DNA from: Nitrososphaerota archaeon
GTDB taxonomy: Archaea > Thermoproteota > Nitrososphaeria > Nitrososphaerales > Nitrosopumilaceae
NCBI GenBank assembly: GCA_022573895.1
Contig: JACZTB010000009.1
Span: 41,136 to 55,792 of the forward strand
DNA: 14,657 bases
Reading direction: 5' to 3'
Positions 6,674 to 13,994 of the stretch are shown here, piece after piece; position 1 is the stretch's first letter; every line of letters starts with the position of its first letter. Both the position numbers and the translations under genes were made by a program. The notes beneath the pieces were generated by a model. That model was not told where the DNA came from and ran no database searches. It was given only the letters and a program-made list of their open reading frames with translations.

Positions 6674-8596
6674 TCATTTAGATTTTTCTTTAATTGATTT
6701 TTGAAGTTCGTCAAATACACTTTGAATTTCAGTTACTGCGGTATCGTCTTCTAGTGTACTAACATCACCAATTTTTTCATTGTTTGCAATTGATTTTAGT
6801 AATCTTCGCATAATTTTTCCGCTACGTGTCTTTGGAAGTTTTGAAACAAAATAGATTTGTTTGGGGGTTGCAATTGCACCAATATCATTTCGTATTTTAT
6901 CTGAAAGTTCTTTTTCTAAATCATTTGAACTTGTTGTTACTCCTTGTTTTAGAACAACAAATGCAATTATTACTTCTCCTTTTACATCATCTGGAATGCT
7001 ACATACTGCAGACTCTGCAACATAATTGTGAGATACAATGCTACTTTCAAGTTCTGCAGTTCCAATTCTATGACCTGCCACTTTTAGAACATCATCTGCT
7101 CGTCCAAGTAGCCAAAGATACCCATCCTCATCTTTTAGCGCATAGTCACCTGTATAGTAATAGTTTTCATATTTTGACCAGTACACAGTTTTGTATTTTT
7201 CATCATCACCCCACAATGTCAAAAGCATTCCAGGCCAAGGATTCTTGATTACAAGAAATCCCTTTGTGTTTTGAGAAACATCAGTCCCATTTTCATCAAC
7301 TACTGAAATATTTACGCCTGGAATTGGGCGAGTTCCAGAACCTGGCTTTAAAGGAATTGTCTCCAACCCAGGTAATGGAGAAATTAAGATTCCTCCAGTT
7401 TCAGTCTGCCACCAAGTATCAATAATTGGACACTTTTCTTTTCCAATAGTTTTGAAATACCATCTCCAAACTTCTGGATTGATTGGTTCTCCTACTGTTC
7501 CAAGTAATCTTAATGAAGAAAGATCAAAAGAGTTTGGAATATTATCTCCAAATTTCATAAACATTCTAAGTGCAGTAGGCGTTGTATAGAAGATTGTAAC
7601 TTTGTATTTTTGTAAAATATCCCACATTCTTGATTCATCTGGATAATCAGGTGCACCTTCATACATTATTTGAGTTGCACCATGAAGTAATGGTGCATAA
7701 ACAACATAGCTGTGACCTGTAACCCATCCAATATCAGCAGTACAAAAAAATACATCAGAATCTTTAATGTCAAATGCCCACTTGAAAGTAGAATACAAAT
7801 GTGTTAAATAACCACCAGTTCCATGTAAAACTCCTTTTGGTTTTCCAGTAGTTCCTGATGTGTATAAGATGTAAAGAGGGTGAGTACTATCTAATTTTTC
7901 TGCGTTACAAACATCAGATGCGTTTTTCATCAAATCATTCCAAAGTTTATCTTTTAATGTCAATGAGATTTTATTTTTTGTTCTTTCAAGAACTATAACG
8001 TGCTCTACAAAATCAAAGTCTTTAATTGATTCATCAACTACTTCTTTGAGTTTGATTATTTTCCCTCTCCTATATCCGCCATCTGCAGTGATGATAACTT
8101 TAGATTTAGAATCATCAATTCTATCTCTAATAGATGTTGCACTAAAACCTGAAAAGACTACGATATGTATGGCGCCAATTCTTGCACATGCCAACATTGC
8201 AATAGGTAATTCAGGCACCATTGGCAAATAAATTGTAACTCTATCTCCTTTTTGGATACCCAATGACTTTAGAACATTTGAGAATTTTCTGACTTGAGTC
8301 AACATTTCACGATATGTTATTCTTCTGGATTCACCATTTTCCCCCTCCCATAATATAGCAGGTTTGTCAGCTTTGGTATCTTGATGTACATCAAGAGCAT
8401 TGTATGAGGCATTAATCGTGCCTCCAACAAACCATTTGGCAAAGGGAGGATTCCAATCCAGAGTCTTTTCCCAAGATGAAAACCAGAAGAGATTCTTTGC
8501 TTGATCATCCCAAAAAGATAAAAAATCAGAATTGGCTTTTTTTCTTATTTCAGTATCATTGTTTCCAAGGCCAACATTGTAGGTCTCAGACATCAA
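6674..8596 (-). CDS. acs: acetyl-CoA synthetase (AMP-forming acetate-CoA ligase)
   Basis: About 640 aa, with the AMP-binding signature YTSGTTGKPKG, GWVTGHSY, TWWQTETGG, YYTGDYA and the C-terminal LPKTRSGKIMRR. The track start is TTG at 8596, but the adjacent ATG at 8593 is the more likely start. Confidence 0.93.
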   Translation of the reverse strand: MMSETYNVGLGNNDTEIRKKANSDFLSFWDDQAKNLFWFSSWEKTLDWNPPFAKWFVGGTINASYNALDVHQDTKADKPAILWEGENGESRRITYREMLTQVRKFSNVLKSLGIQKGDRVTIYLPMVPELPIAMLACARIGAIHIVVFSGFSATSIRDRIDDSKSKVIITADGGYRRGKIIKLKEVVDESIKDFDFVEHVIVLERTKNKISLTLKDKLWNDLMKNASDVCNAEKLDSTHPLYILYTSGTTGKPKGVLHGTGGYLTHLYSTFKWAFDIKDSDVFFCTADIGWVTGHSYVVYAPLLHGATQIMYEGAPDYPDESRMWDILQKYKVTIFYTTPTALRMFMKFGDNIPNSFDLSSLRLLGTVGEPINPEVWRWYFKTIGKEKCPIIDTWWQTETGGILISPLPGLETIPLKPGSGTRPIPGVNISVVDENGTDVSQNTKGFLVIKNPWPGMLLTLWGDDEKYKTVYWSKYENYYYTGDYALKDEDGYLWLLGRADDVLKVAGHRIGTAELESSIVSHNYVAESAVCSIPDDVKGEVIIAFVVLKQGVTTSSNDLEKELSDKIRNDIGAIATPKQIYFVSKLPKTRSGKIMRRLLKSIANNEKIGDVSTLEDDTAVTEIQSVFDELQKSIKEKSK

Positions 8597-8648
8597 AAAG
8601 TGTATGAACGTAGATCTTTCTAAATGTTAAAAAAATAAATTAAAAAAA

Positions 8649-9524
8649 TTATTGTACTTCCATTCTAGCAAGCCAATCGTTATCGTTGTCTTCTTTTGAT
8701 GTTTCTGGGATTACCTGTTGGGGTGGTTCTGGAAATTCAGCTGAAACTTCAGATTTAGTTGGAGATTCAGATATTGGAAGAGTTCCTACTTTAATTGGTT
8801 CTGAAGATTGGACTGTTGATTCTGTTGGTGCTTCTGGAAGTATTGCCTGAACTACTTTTTCGGGTTCAGGGGTCTCTAGATATGAAATGGCCGATTCTTG
8901 GATATTTGGTTGAGAAGTAGTTATTTCTTGCACTTCCAATTCAAGATCTGCAATTCTACTCTTTACATTTGCAATTTCCGCAGTTTCGTGAGTAACACGC
9001 TCAATTACCTCATTTGTACATGATTTCACTGTATCAAATGTTGTGTCAGAGATTTCATTGCTCTTGGATTGTACTTTTGCATCAAATAATAACATCTTTG
9101 CAGACTTCATTTGTTCTTCTAACTCGGTCAATCTTTCCTCAAGTTTAACTTTGATTTCACTTTCTGTTTCATCCAATGTTACAAGTTTTGACTTGTATTT
9201 TTCATGAATGATTTCTGCATCTGCTTTCATGTCATCATTTTCAGAAACAATATCAAACAATGCTTTTAAGCGACGTAGAGTTAGTTGTTTTTCACGAATT
9301 AGTCTTTGAGAGTCAAGTCTCCATTTTGGAATGAAAATAACAACATCATTTTGGACTACTATTTGTTCAAATTGGATTTGCTGTAATCCTTGAGAACCGC
9401 AGTCAACACCAATTGATTGGATGCTACCATCGATGTCAGTTATTGTCCCTATTACTTTACCCATGAATGTTCCGTACATGTCTTTGACGTTCTTGTCGAT
9501 AATTTTGATATCGTCGTTAGTCAT
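8649..9524 (-). CDS. cdvA: CdvA-like cell-division protein (PRC-barrel-like N-domain, coiled-coil, disordered tail)
   Basis: The N-terminus IIDKNVKDMYGTFMGKVIGTITDIDGSIQSIGVDCG...VVIFIPKWRLDSQRLIREKQLTLRRLKALFD parallels the crenarchaeal CdvA pattern as I recall it (VKD-YG-x3-GK...DG...P-W...R-x-AL). A long coiled-coil follows, then a Pro/Glu/Ser/Thr-rich linker, ending in the short conserved-looking peptide DNDWLARMEVQ. That peptide is a candidate ESCRT-III-binding tail. Confidence 0.7.
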   Translation of the reverse strand: MTNDDIKIIDKNVKDMYGTFMGKVIGTITDIDGSIQSIGVDCGSQGLQQIQFEQIVVQNDVVIFIPKWRLDSQRLIREKQLTLRRLKALFDIVSENDDMKADAEIIHEKYKSKLVTLDETESEIKVKLEERLTELEEQMKSAKMLLFDAKVQSKSNEISDTTFDTVKSCTNEVIERVTHETAEIANVKSRIADLELEVQEITTSQPNIQESAISYLETPEPEKVVQAILPEAPTESTVQSSEPIKVGTLPISESPTKSEVSAEFPEPPQQVIPETSKEDNDNDWLARMEVQ

Positions 9525-9604
9525 ATGAGGTGGTTATGAGATTTGTATAAGCGACAAAGTGTAAGTAATGTTTTTGATTTTAGTAAGATTAATTTTACTA
9601 ACTT

Positions 9605-9620
9605 AAAATCACGTGATTTT
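9605..9620. promoter_or_regulatory. perfect 16-bp palindrome AAAATCACGTGATTTT, candidate operator in the cdvA/ORF97 divergent intergenic region
   Basis: It is exactly self-complementary with a CACGTG core. It lies immediately upstream of the TATA-like AATTTTAAATTT (9625..9636), which is centred about 26 nt before the ATG at 9657. Confidence 0.4.
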
Positions 9621-9656
9621 CAGCAATTTTAAATTTGGAGGCATAATAATAGGCTC

Positions 9657-9950
9657 ATGATTCAAAGAGAAGAACTAGAACAAATTTTGAATTTTGTTGC
9701 AAGTAGATGGGAAGAACTTACAAAAGATCCTGACAGTAAAAATCTTGATAATTTACCAAGTGACTTTTGGATGAATTCTGTTGGTGGAAAAACTGCAAAA
9801 AATGGATATTGGATTACAGCATTGATGTATACAGAAAATGAAGCAGATGCAGTAGCTTTCAGAGAAGTACTGTTAAGATGGCAAGCCAAAGGGAATGACA
9901 AAAATAAAGATAAAGGTCCCGATCTAATTCAAATTGGAAAAAAGAAATAG
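9657..9950 (+). CDS. hypothetical protein (97 aa)
   Basis: ATG-initiated ORF that ends 11 bp before the thyX start, so it is probably co-transcribed. I recognise no motif. The C-terminus is Lys-rich. Confidence 0.5.
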   Translation: MIQREELEQILNFVASRWEELTKDPDSKNLDNLPSDFWMNSVGGKTAKNGYWITALMYTENEADAVAFREVLLRWQAKGNDKNKDKGPDLIQIGKKK

Positions 9951-9961
9951 ACTATTAATAA

Positions 9962-11602
9962 TTGAAAAACAGCAGACAGGTATTGTCAGAGTTTTCGATT
10001 AAAGAAAAAAAGATTCTATCAGATCATTTTTCAAATACCGATGAAAATGTATTTGCAATAATTACTCCTAGACAAGTTGATCGCGGTGCATTGATGTCTA
10101 GATATAGCAGAACCAACAAAAGTATGAGACGAATTTTTCTAGATGAGTTTTTAAAAAATAAAAATAGAGGAGAAGAATTTTACAATAGAGTTCTTTTAGA
10201 ATATGGTGATGACTCTGTTGCGGAATTAGGTGAAGCACAAATTGCAATTGAAGGTTTGTCAAACATTGCAGTGAAAAAAATTGAAGATAGAAGAATAGGA
10301 TTATCTTACTTGGAAAAATCGTCAAGATATGTTACATGGAATAAAAAAGAAAAAGGAAAATATAGATTTTACAGAGATTCTAAAATTACAAAATCAAGAT
10401 TTGTAGATATGTATGAGGAAACTTGTAATTTTTCATTTGATATTTATTCCAAAAATATAGAACCGATGATAAACTATGTCAGAGAAAAATATCCTATAGA
10501 AAAATATAGTTTTAAAGATTCAACAGATGGAAAAGAAAAATCATTTTCCAAATTAAAAAATGAGATAGATGTAAAATCTGCCAGTATGATTTACAAAGGT
10601 TCAACTAAAGCTAAAGCATTAGATATTCTTAGAGGGTTATTACCCGCTTCAACTTTGACAAATGTTGGAATTACAGGTAACGGCCGTGCGTTTGAATACC
10701 TTCTAACAGTTTTAGGCTCATCTGAACTAAATGAAGAGACGGATTTAGCCTCAAAAATCAAAAAAGAGCTTGATACTACAATCAAATCATTTGTTAGAAG
10801 AGCAGATGATAAATACGGAAAAGCATTCCAAAAATATCTTAGAGATATTAAAAAAAAATCAAAATCAATCACAGCAAAAGAAATTAAACCAAAACCAACT
10901 ACTGGAATAATAACAAATCTAGTTGAACATGAATCAGAAAAAACTGCAATGGATAAAATTATTACAAGTATAATGTATGAGCAGTCGCCAAGTACATCAT
11001 ATCAAAATATTTTACAACAGGTAAAAAAATTATCAAAAGAAAAGAAAATCAAAATAATTAATGAATTTACAAAACTTCGGACAAATAGACGGCATAGACC
11101 ATCAAGGGCATTTGAAAATGTCTACTATACATTTGATTTATGTAATAATTTTGGAATGTTTAGAGACTTCCACAGACACAGAGTCTTAACTCTAGAAAGA
11201 CAACTACTAACAACTGATCATGGATATAGTATCTCAAATGAAATTAAGATTCTTGGAATTGATAAAGATTTTAAGGATTGTATGAATAAAAGCAAAGAAA
11301 CATTTGAGAAAATTAGAAAAAAATATCCTGAACAGGGACAATATGTTGTGAACTTTGCATACAATTACCCGTATTTTATGAAATTCAATCTCAGAGAAGC
11401 TTGTCATCTAATTGAATTAAGAACTGTTCCACAAGGACATGCAGATTATCGACGAGTAGCACAACAAATGTTCAAACGTATAAACAAAGTACATCCTAAT
11501 TTGAGTAAAATTATGAAATTTGTGGATTTAAAGGAGTACGACTTAGAAAGATTCGAATCAGAAAAGAGAACTGAAGAGAAGAGAAAAAACCTAAAAAAAT
11601 AG
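9962..11602 (+). CDS. thyX: FAD-dependent thymidylate synthase, long (about 546 aa) tandem-domain ThyX form
   Basis: ThyX-type motifs are split across two halves: [23 protein letters not shown] near the N-terminus, and RRHRPSRAF and [15 protein letters not shown] in the C-terminal half. The protein is about twice the size of canonical ThyX. It uses a TTG start, and there is no in-frame ATG until residue 45. Confidence 0.75.
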   Translation: MKNSRQVLSEFSIKEKKILSDHFSNTDENVFAIITPRQVDRGALMSRYSRTNKSMRRIFLDEFLKNKNRGEEFYNRVLLEYGDDSVAELGEAQIAIEGLSNIAVKKIEDRRIGLSYLEKSSRYVTWNKKEKGKYRFYRDSKITKSRFVDMYEETCNFSFDIYSKNIEPMINYVREKYPIEKYSFKDSTDGKEKSFSKLKNEIDVKSASMIYKGSTKAKALDILRGLLPASTLTNVGITGNGRAFEYLLTVLGSSELNEETDLASKIKKELDTTIKSFVRRADDKYGKAFQKYLRDIKKKSKSITAKEIKPKPTTGIITNLVEHESEKTAMDKIITSIMYEQSPSTSYQNILQQVKKLSKEKKIKIINEFTKLRTNRRHRPSRAFENVYYTFDLCNNFGMFRDFHRHRVLTLERQLLTTDHGYSISNEIKILGIDKDFKDCMNKSKETFEKIRKKYPEQGQYVVNFAYNYPYFMKFNLREACHLIELRTVPQGHADYRRVAQQMFKRINKVHPNLSKIMKFVDLKEYDLERFESEKRTEEKRKNLKK

Positions 11603-11638
11603 AAAAATATTCTAATATCAAAAGAAATAGAATAAATT

Positions 11639-12043
11639 ATGACAGAGAAAATTGTAAAAACACCTGAAGAGTGGAAAGAACAACTAAATCAGAATCAATA
11701 TGAGATTTGTATCAATCATGGAACAGAACCGCCATTTTCTGGAAAATACAATGATAGTAAATTAGAAGGAGTTTACAAGTGTGTGTGCTGTGGGGAAAGA
11801 CTTTTTTCATCTGATACAAAATTTAATTCAGGCTCAGGTTGGCCAAGTTTTTGGAAACCAATTTCAGAAAATAAATTAGAATACATTTCTGATACAGCAT
11901 ATGGAATAGTTCGTACAGAAGTTAATTGTAACAAATGTGGAGCACATTTAGGTCATGTATTTGATGATGGACCAAAGCCTACAAATTCAAGATACTGTAT
12001 CAATTCCATATCATTACAACATGAAAAAGATAACGATGAATAA
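11639..12043 (+). CDS. msrB: peptide-methionine (R)-S-oxide reductase MsrB
   Basis: 134 aa. It has two CxxC pairs (CVCCGERLF and CNKCGAHLGHVFDDGP) forming the structural zinc site, GSGWPSF, and the catalytic Cys in RYCINS. Confidence 0.92.
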   Translation: MTEKIVKTPEEWKEQLNQNQYEICINHGTEPPFSGKYNDSKLEGVYKCVCCGERLFSSDTKFNSGSGWPSFWKPISENKLEYISDTAYGIVRTEVNCNKCGAHLGHVFDDGPKPTNSRYCINSISLQHEKDNDE

Positions 12044-12119
12044 TCTTTTATCGTTATTGAAAAAAAATAATTTTACGATAGTTTAATTACAACACAATTT
12101 CACCAAATTTTAGAAAGAT

Positions 12120-12563
12120 ATGCCATTTGATAGAGAGAGAGAAATGTTTGATGCAAAATGTGCAGACTGTGGAAATGAATGTCAGATACCATTCAAACCA
12201 AAAGAGGATAGACCTGTTTATTGCAATGAATGTTTCCAAAAGCATAGACCAGAACAACGTGGTGGCTATGGTGGAAGATCTGGTGGCTATGGTGGAAGAT
12301 CTGGTGGCTATGGTGGAAGATCTGGTGGCTATGGTGGAAGATCTGGTGGCTATGGTGGAAGATCTGGTGGCTATGGTGGAAGATCTGGTGGCTATGGTAG
12401 AAATGACAGAGGTTCCAGATTTGGTAGAAGAGATGACAGACCAAGAGAAATGTTTGATGCAAAATGTGCAGACTGTGGAAATGAATGTCAGATACCATTC
12501 AAACCAAAAGAGGATAGACCTGTTTATTGCAATGAATGTTTTCAAAAGCATAGACAAAATTAG
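12120..12563 (+). CDS. dual CxxC-x17-CxxC zinc-ribbon protein with central (GGYGGRS)6 RGG/Gly-Tyr low-complexity linker; putative nucleic-acid-binding protein
   Basis: 147-aa ATG ORF. Residues 9-43 and 111-145 are identical: MFDAKCADCGNECQIPFKPKEDRPVYCNECFQKHR. Each has exactly 17 residues between its two CxxC pairs. Between them lie six perfect GGYGGRS units plus GGYGRNDRGSRFGRRDDRPRE. All competing ORFs at this locus translate the same repeats in other frames. Confidence 0.8.
   Translation: MPFDREREMFDAKCADCGNECQIPFKPKEDRPVYCNECFQKHRPEQRGGYGGRSGGYGGRSGGYGGRSGGYGGRSGGYGGRSGGYGGRSGGYGRNDRGSRFGRRDDRPREMFDAKCADCGNECQIPFKPKEDRPVYCNECFQKHRQN
12138..12249 (+). repeat. 112-bp direct repeat, copy 1 (encodes zinc-ribbon module 1)
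   Basis: It matches 12444..12555 at a constant offset of 306 bp. There is a single mismatch (C at 12236 versus T at 12542), which is synonymous (TTC/TTT Phe). Confidence 0.95.
12261..12401 (+). repeat. in-frame tandem repeat, 21-bp unit GGTGGCTATGGTGGAAGATCT, 6 perfect copies plus a partial degenerate 7th
   Basis: Counted directly. The six identical units span 12261..12386. They are followed by GGTGGCTATGGTAGA, which carries one substitution. Every unit uses identical codons. Confidence 0.97.
12444..12555 (+). repeat. 112-bp direct repeat, copy 2 (encodes zinc-ribbon module 2)
   Basis: See copy 1: 111 of 112 nt are identical. Confidence 0.95.
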
Positions 12564-12662
12564 TAAATTGTTTTGAACAAGTATTATACATAATTAATGA
12601 TATGAAAATCAATAGTGAAACAAGATGAACTATACTCACACATCAAAAAGGAATGAAGGATT

Positions 12663-13673
12663 TTGAGAATAATACTGTGTGGATTTGGGGTTGTTGGTCA
12701 AAGTTTAGTTAAATTATTTGATTCAAGATCAGAAGATCTATATGCAAGATATGGACTAAAGCCCAGAGTAGTAGGAGTTTGTGATAGTAAAGGAAGTGCA
12801 GTAAACTCATCAGGATTAGAATTTAACAAACTTGTTGAAGTAAAGAAAAAATTTGGAACTGTAAAAAATTATGCAAACACAAAAAATACAATGTCAGGAA
12901 TTGATATGTTAAAAAATATAGAGGCAGACGTGTTGATTGAGACTACTGCAAGTAACTACAGAGATGGAGAGCCTGGAATGACTCACATTACAACTGCCAT
13001 GAAAAAAGGCCTGCATGTAATTTCTGTAAACAAGGGTCCTCTCGCATTAGCATTCCCGTCCCTAATGGAACTTGCAATATACAATCAAGTCATGTTAAAA
13101 TTTAGTGGAACAGTTGGAGGAGGAACACCAATTCTAGACTATGCTAAAAACAGTTTAAGTGGCGAAAGAATCACATCATTTTCAGGAATCCTAAATGGAA
13201 CTACGAATTACATTTTGTCAAATATGGCCACTGGTTTATCTTTTGATGAAGCACTCAAAGATGCCAAAGATAAAGGGTATGTAGAAGCTGATGAATCATT
13301 AGATTTAGATGGTTTGGACGCTGCTGCCAAACTCGTAATTCTTGCAAATTGGATAATGGGAATGAAAGTTACAATGCCAGATATCAACTGTACAGGAATA
13401 AGAGAGGTCACTACAAAAGATATTAAAAAAGCTGCCAAGAACAATTGTGCTGTAAAATTAATTGCGTCATGTAACAAAGAACTAGTTGTAGGGCCAAAAG
13501 AAGTGCCAAACGACGACCCACTTTGCGTTAATGGAACACTAAACGCAATTGCTTTTACATCAGAGCATTCAGGTACACAAACAATTATTGGAAGAGGAGC
13601 TGGAGGAATGGAAACTGCTAGTTCTATTCTAAGAGATTTGTTAGACATTAGACAAGAGATTGCAAAGACTTGA
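12663..13673 (+). CDS. hom: homoserine dehydrogenase
   Basis: 336 aa with a TTG start directly at the Rossmann motif MRIILCGFGVVGQ. It also has VISVNKGPLA, the GTVGGGTPIL-type motif, LNGTTNYIL, and KGYVEADESLDLDGLDAAAKLVILAN. The C-terminus is GRGAGGMETASSILRDL. Confidence 0.88.
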   Translation: MRIILCGFGVVGQSLVKLFDSRSEDLYARYGLKPRVVGVCDSKGSAVNSSGLEFNKLVEVKKKFGTVKNYANTKNTMSGIDMLKNIEADVLIETTASNYRDGEPGMTHITTAMKKGLHVISVNKGPLALAFPSLMELAIYNQVMLKFSGTVGGGTPILDYAKNSLSGERITSFSGILNGTTNYILSNMATGLSFDEALKDAKDKGYVEADESLDLDGLDAAAKLVILANWIMGMKVTMPDINCTGIREVTTKDIKKAAKNNCAVKLIASCNKELVVGPKEVPNDDPLCVNGTLNAIAFTSEHSGTQTIIGRGAGGMETASSILRDLLDIRQEIAKT

Positions 13674-13696
13674 AATCAAATCTAGTCTCATATCCT

Positions 13697-13721
13697 AAAG
13701 TTGAGAGTTATAATTATTTAG
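13697..13721 (+). repeat. 25-bp AT-rich direct repeat, copy A (AAAGTTGAGAGTTATAATTATTTAG), promoter-like
   Basis: It matches 13792..13816 (AAAATTGAAAGTTATAATTAATTAG) at 22 of 25 positions, 95 bp apart. The shared core GTTATAATTA is TATA-like. Confidence 0.6.
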
Positions 13722-13740
13722 TCATGAATTGACTAAATAA
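13714..13740 (+). repeat. inverted repeat / hairpin (11-bp perfect stem, 5-nt loop) downstream of hom
   Basis: TTATTTAGTCA-TGAAT-TGACTAAATAA begins 41 nt after the hom stop codon and overlaps the end of repeat copy A. It could be a terminator-like or RNA structural element. Confidence 0.5.
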
Positions 13741-13791
13741 AATTTGCATGAAAATATGAAAAAATCATAGATTGATTGGAAATGCAACTCA

Positions 13792-13816
13792 AAAATTGAA
13801 AGTTATAATTAATTAG
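13792..13816 (+). repeat. 25-bp AT-rich direct repeat, copy B
   Basis: See copy A. Confidence 0.6.
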
Positions 13817-13994
13817 GCGGGAAAAATTATGATTAAAACTGAATGGTTTGCCAATATTTTTCGAGTCTAAATTACATTTGAGATAATTTACCAAACAGAT
13901 TACAGATAATCTCTAAAAATGGTATCCCCCCGTTCTATTCGTGGAAACATGCTAGGTTGTCGTAATGCTTTTGAATTAAGATTTGATCTAAAGT

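Noticed and set aside
5299-8508. Shadow ORFs inside or antisense to fen, the PAS gene and acs: 5299..5511, 5379..5615, 5781..5978, 6141..6380, 6826..7248, 8046..8231, 8317..8508.
   Set aside because: Each lies wholly within a much longer ORF that has strong family motifs. Their products are low-complexity (Leu/His/Gln-rich) with no motifs, which is typical of off-frame readings of AT-rich coding DNA.
12030-12057. An 8-bp inverted repeat, ATAACGAT...ATCGTTAT, spanning the msrB stop codon, considered as a terminator.
   Set aside because: The stem is short and AT-rich with a 12-nt loop. Archaeal termination relies mainly on oligo-T tracts, so this is not distinctive enough to call.
12261-12401. 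Whether the tandem 21-bp repeats could be a CRISPR array.
   Set aside because: The units are directly adjacent with no spacers, lie in frame inside a coding sequence, and are shorter than typical CRISPR repeats.
12138-12555. Whether the 112-bp repeat pair could be a diversity-generating retroelement template/variable repeat pair.
   Set aside because: There is only one difference, a synonymous C/T change rather than adenine-specific changes. No reverse transcriptase gene is in the window.
12087-12576. Three additional long ORFs over the repeat locus: 12087..12557 minus (156 aa), 12127..12576 plus (149 aa), 12193..12498 minus (101 aa).
   Set aside because: They are alternative-frame or antisense readings of the same repeats, and they stay open only because the repeat units lack stops in those frames. 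Their products are implausible low-complexity strings (STIATRS or HHSHQIF repeats). Only the 12120..12563 frame yields coherent CxxC zinc-ribbon modules.
1575-13648. Other nested ORFs: 1575..1760 plus, 2091..2312 minus, 9662..9901 minus, 10098..10325 minus, 10591..10872 minus, 13208..13648 minus.
   Set aside because: All are embedded in longer, better-supported genes on the opposite strand (the coiled-coil protein, SRPBCC, ORF97, thyX, hom). None has a recognisable motif.
13813-13825. Similarity of GGCGGGAAAA to the tRNA-Ser 3' end (plus strand CGCCGGGAAAGGG), considered as a possible att-site remnant.
   Set aside because: Only about 7 contiguous matching nucleotides, which fits chance.
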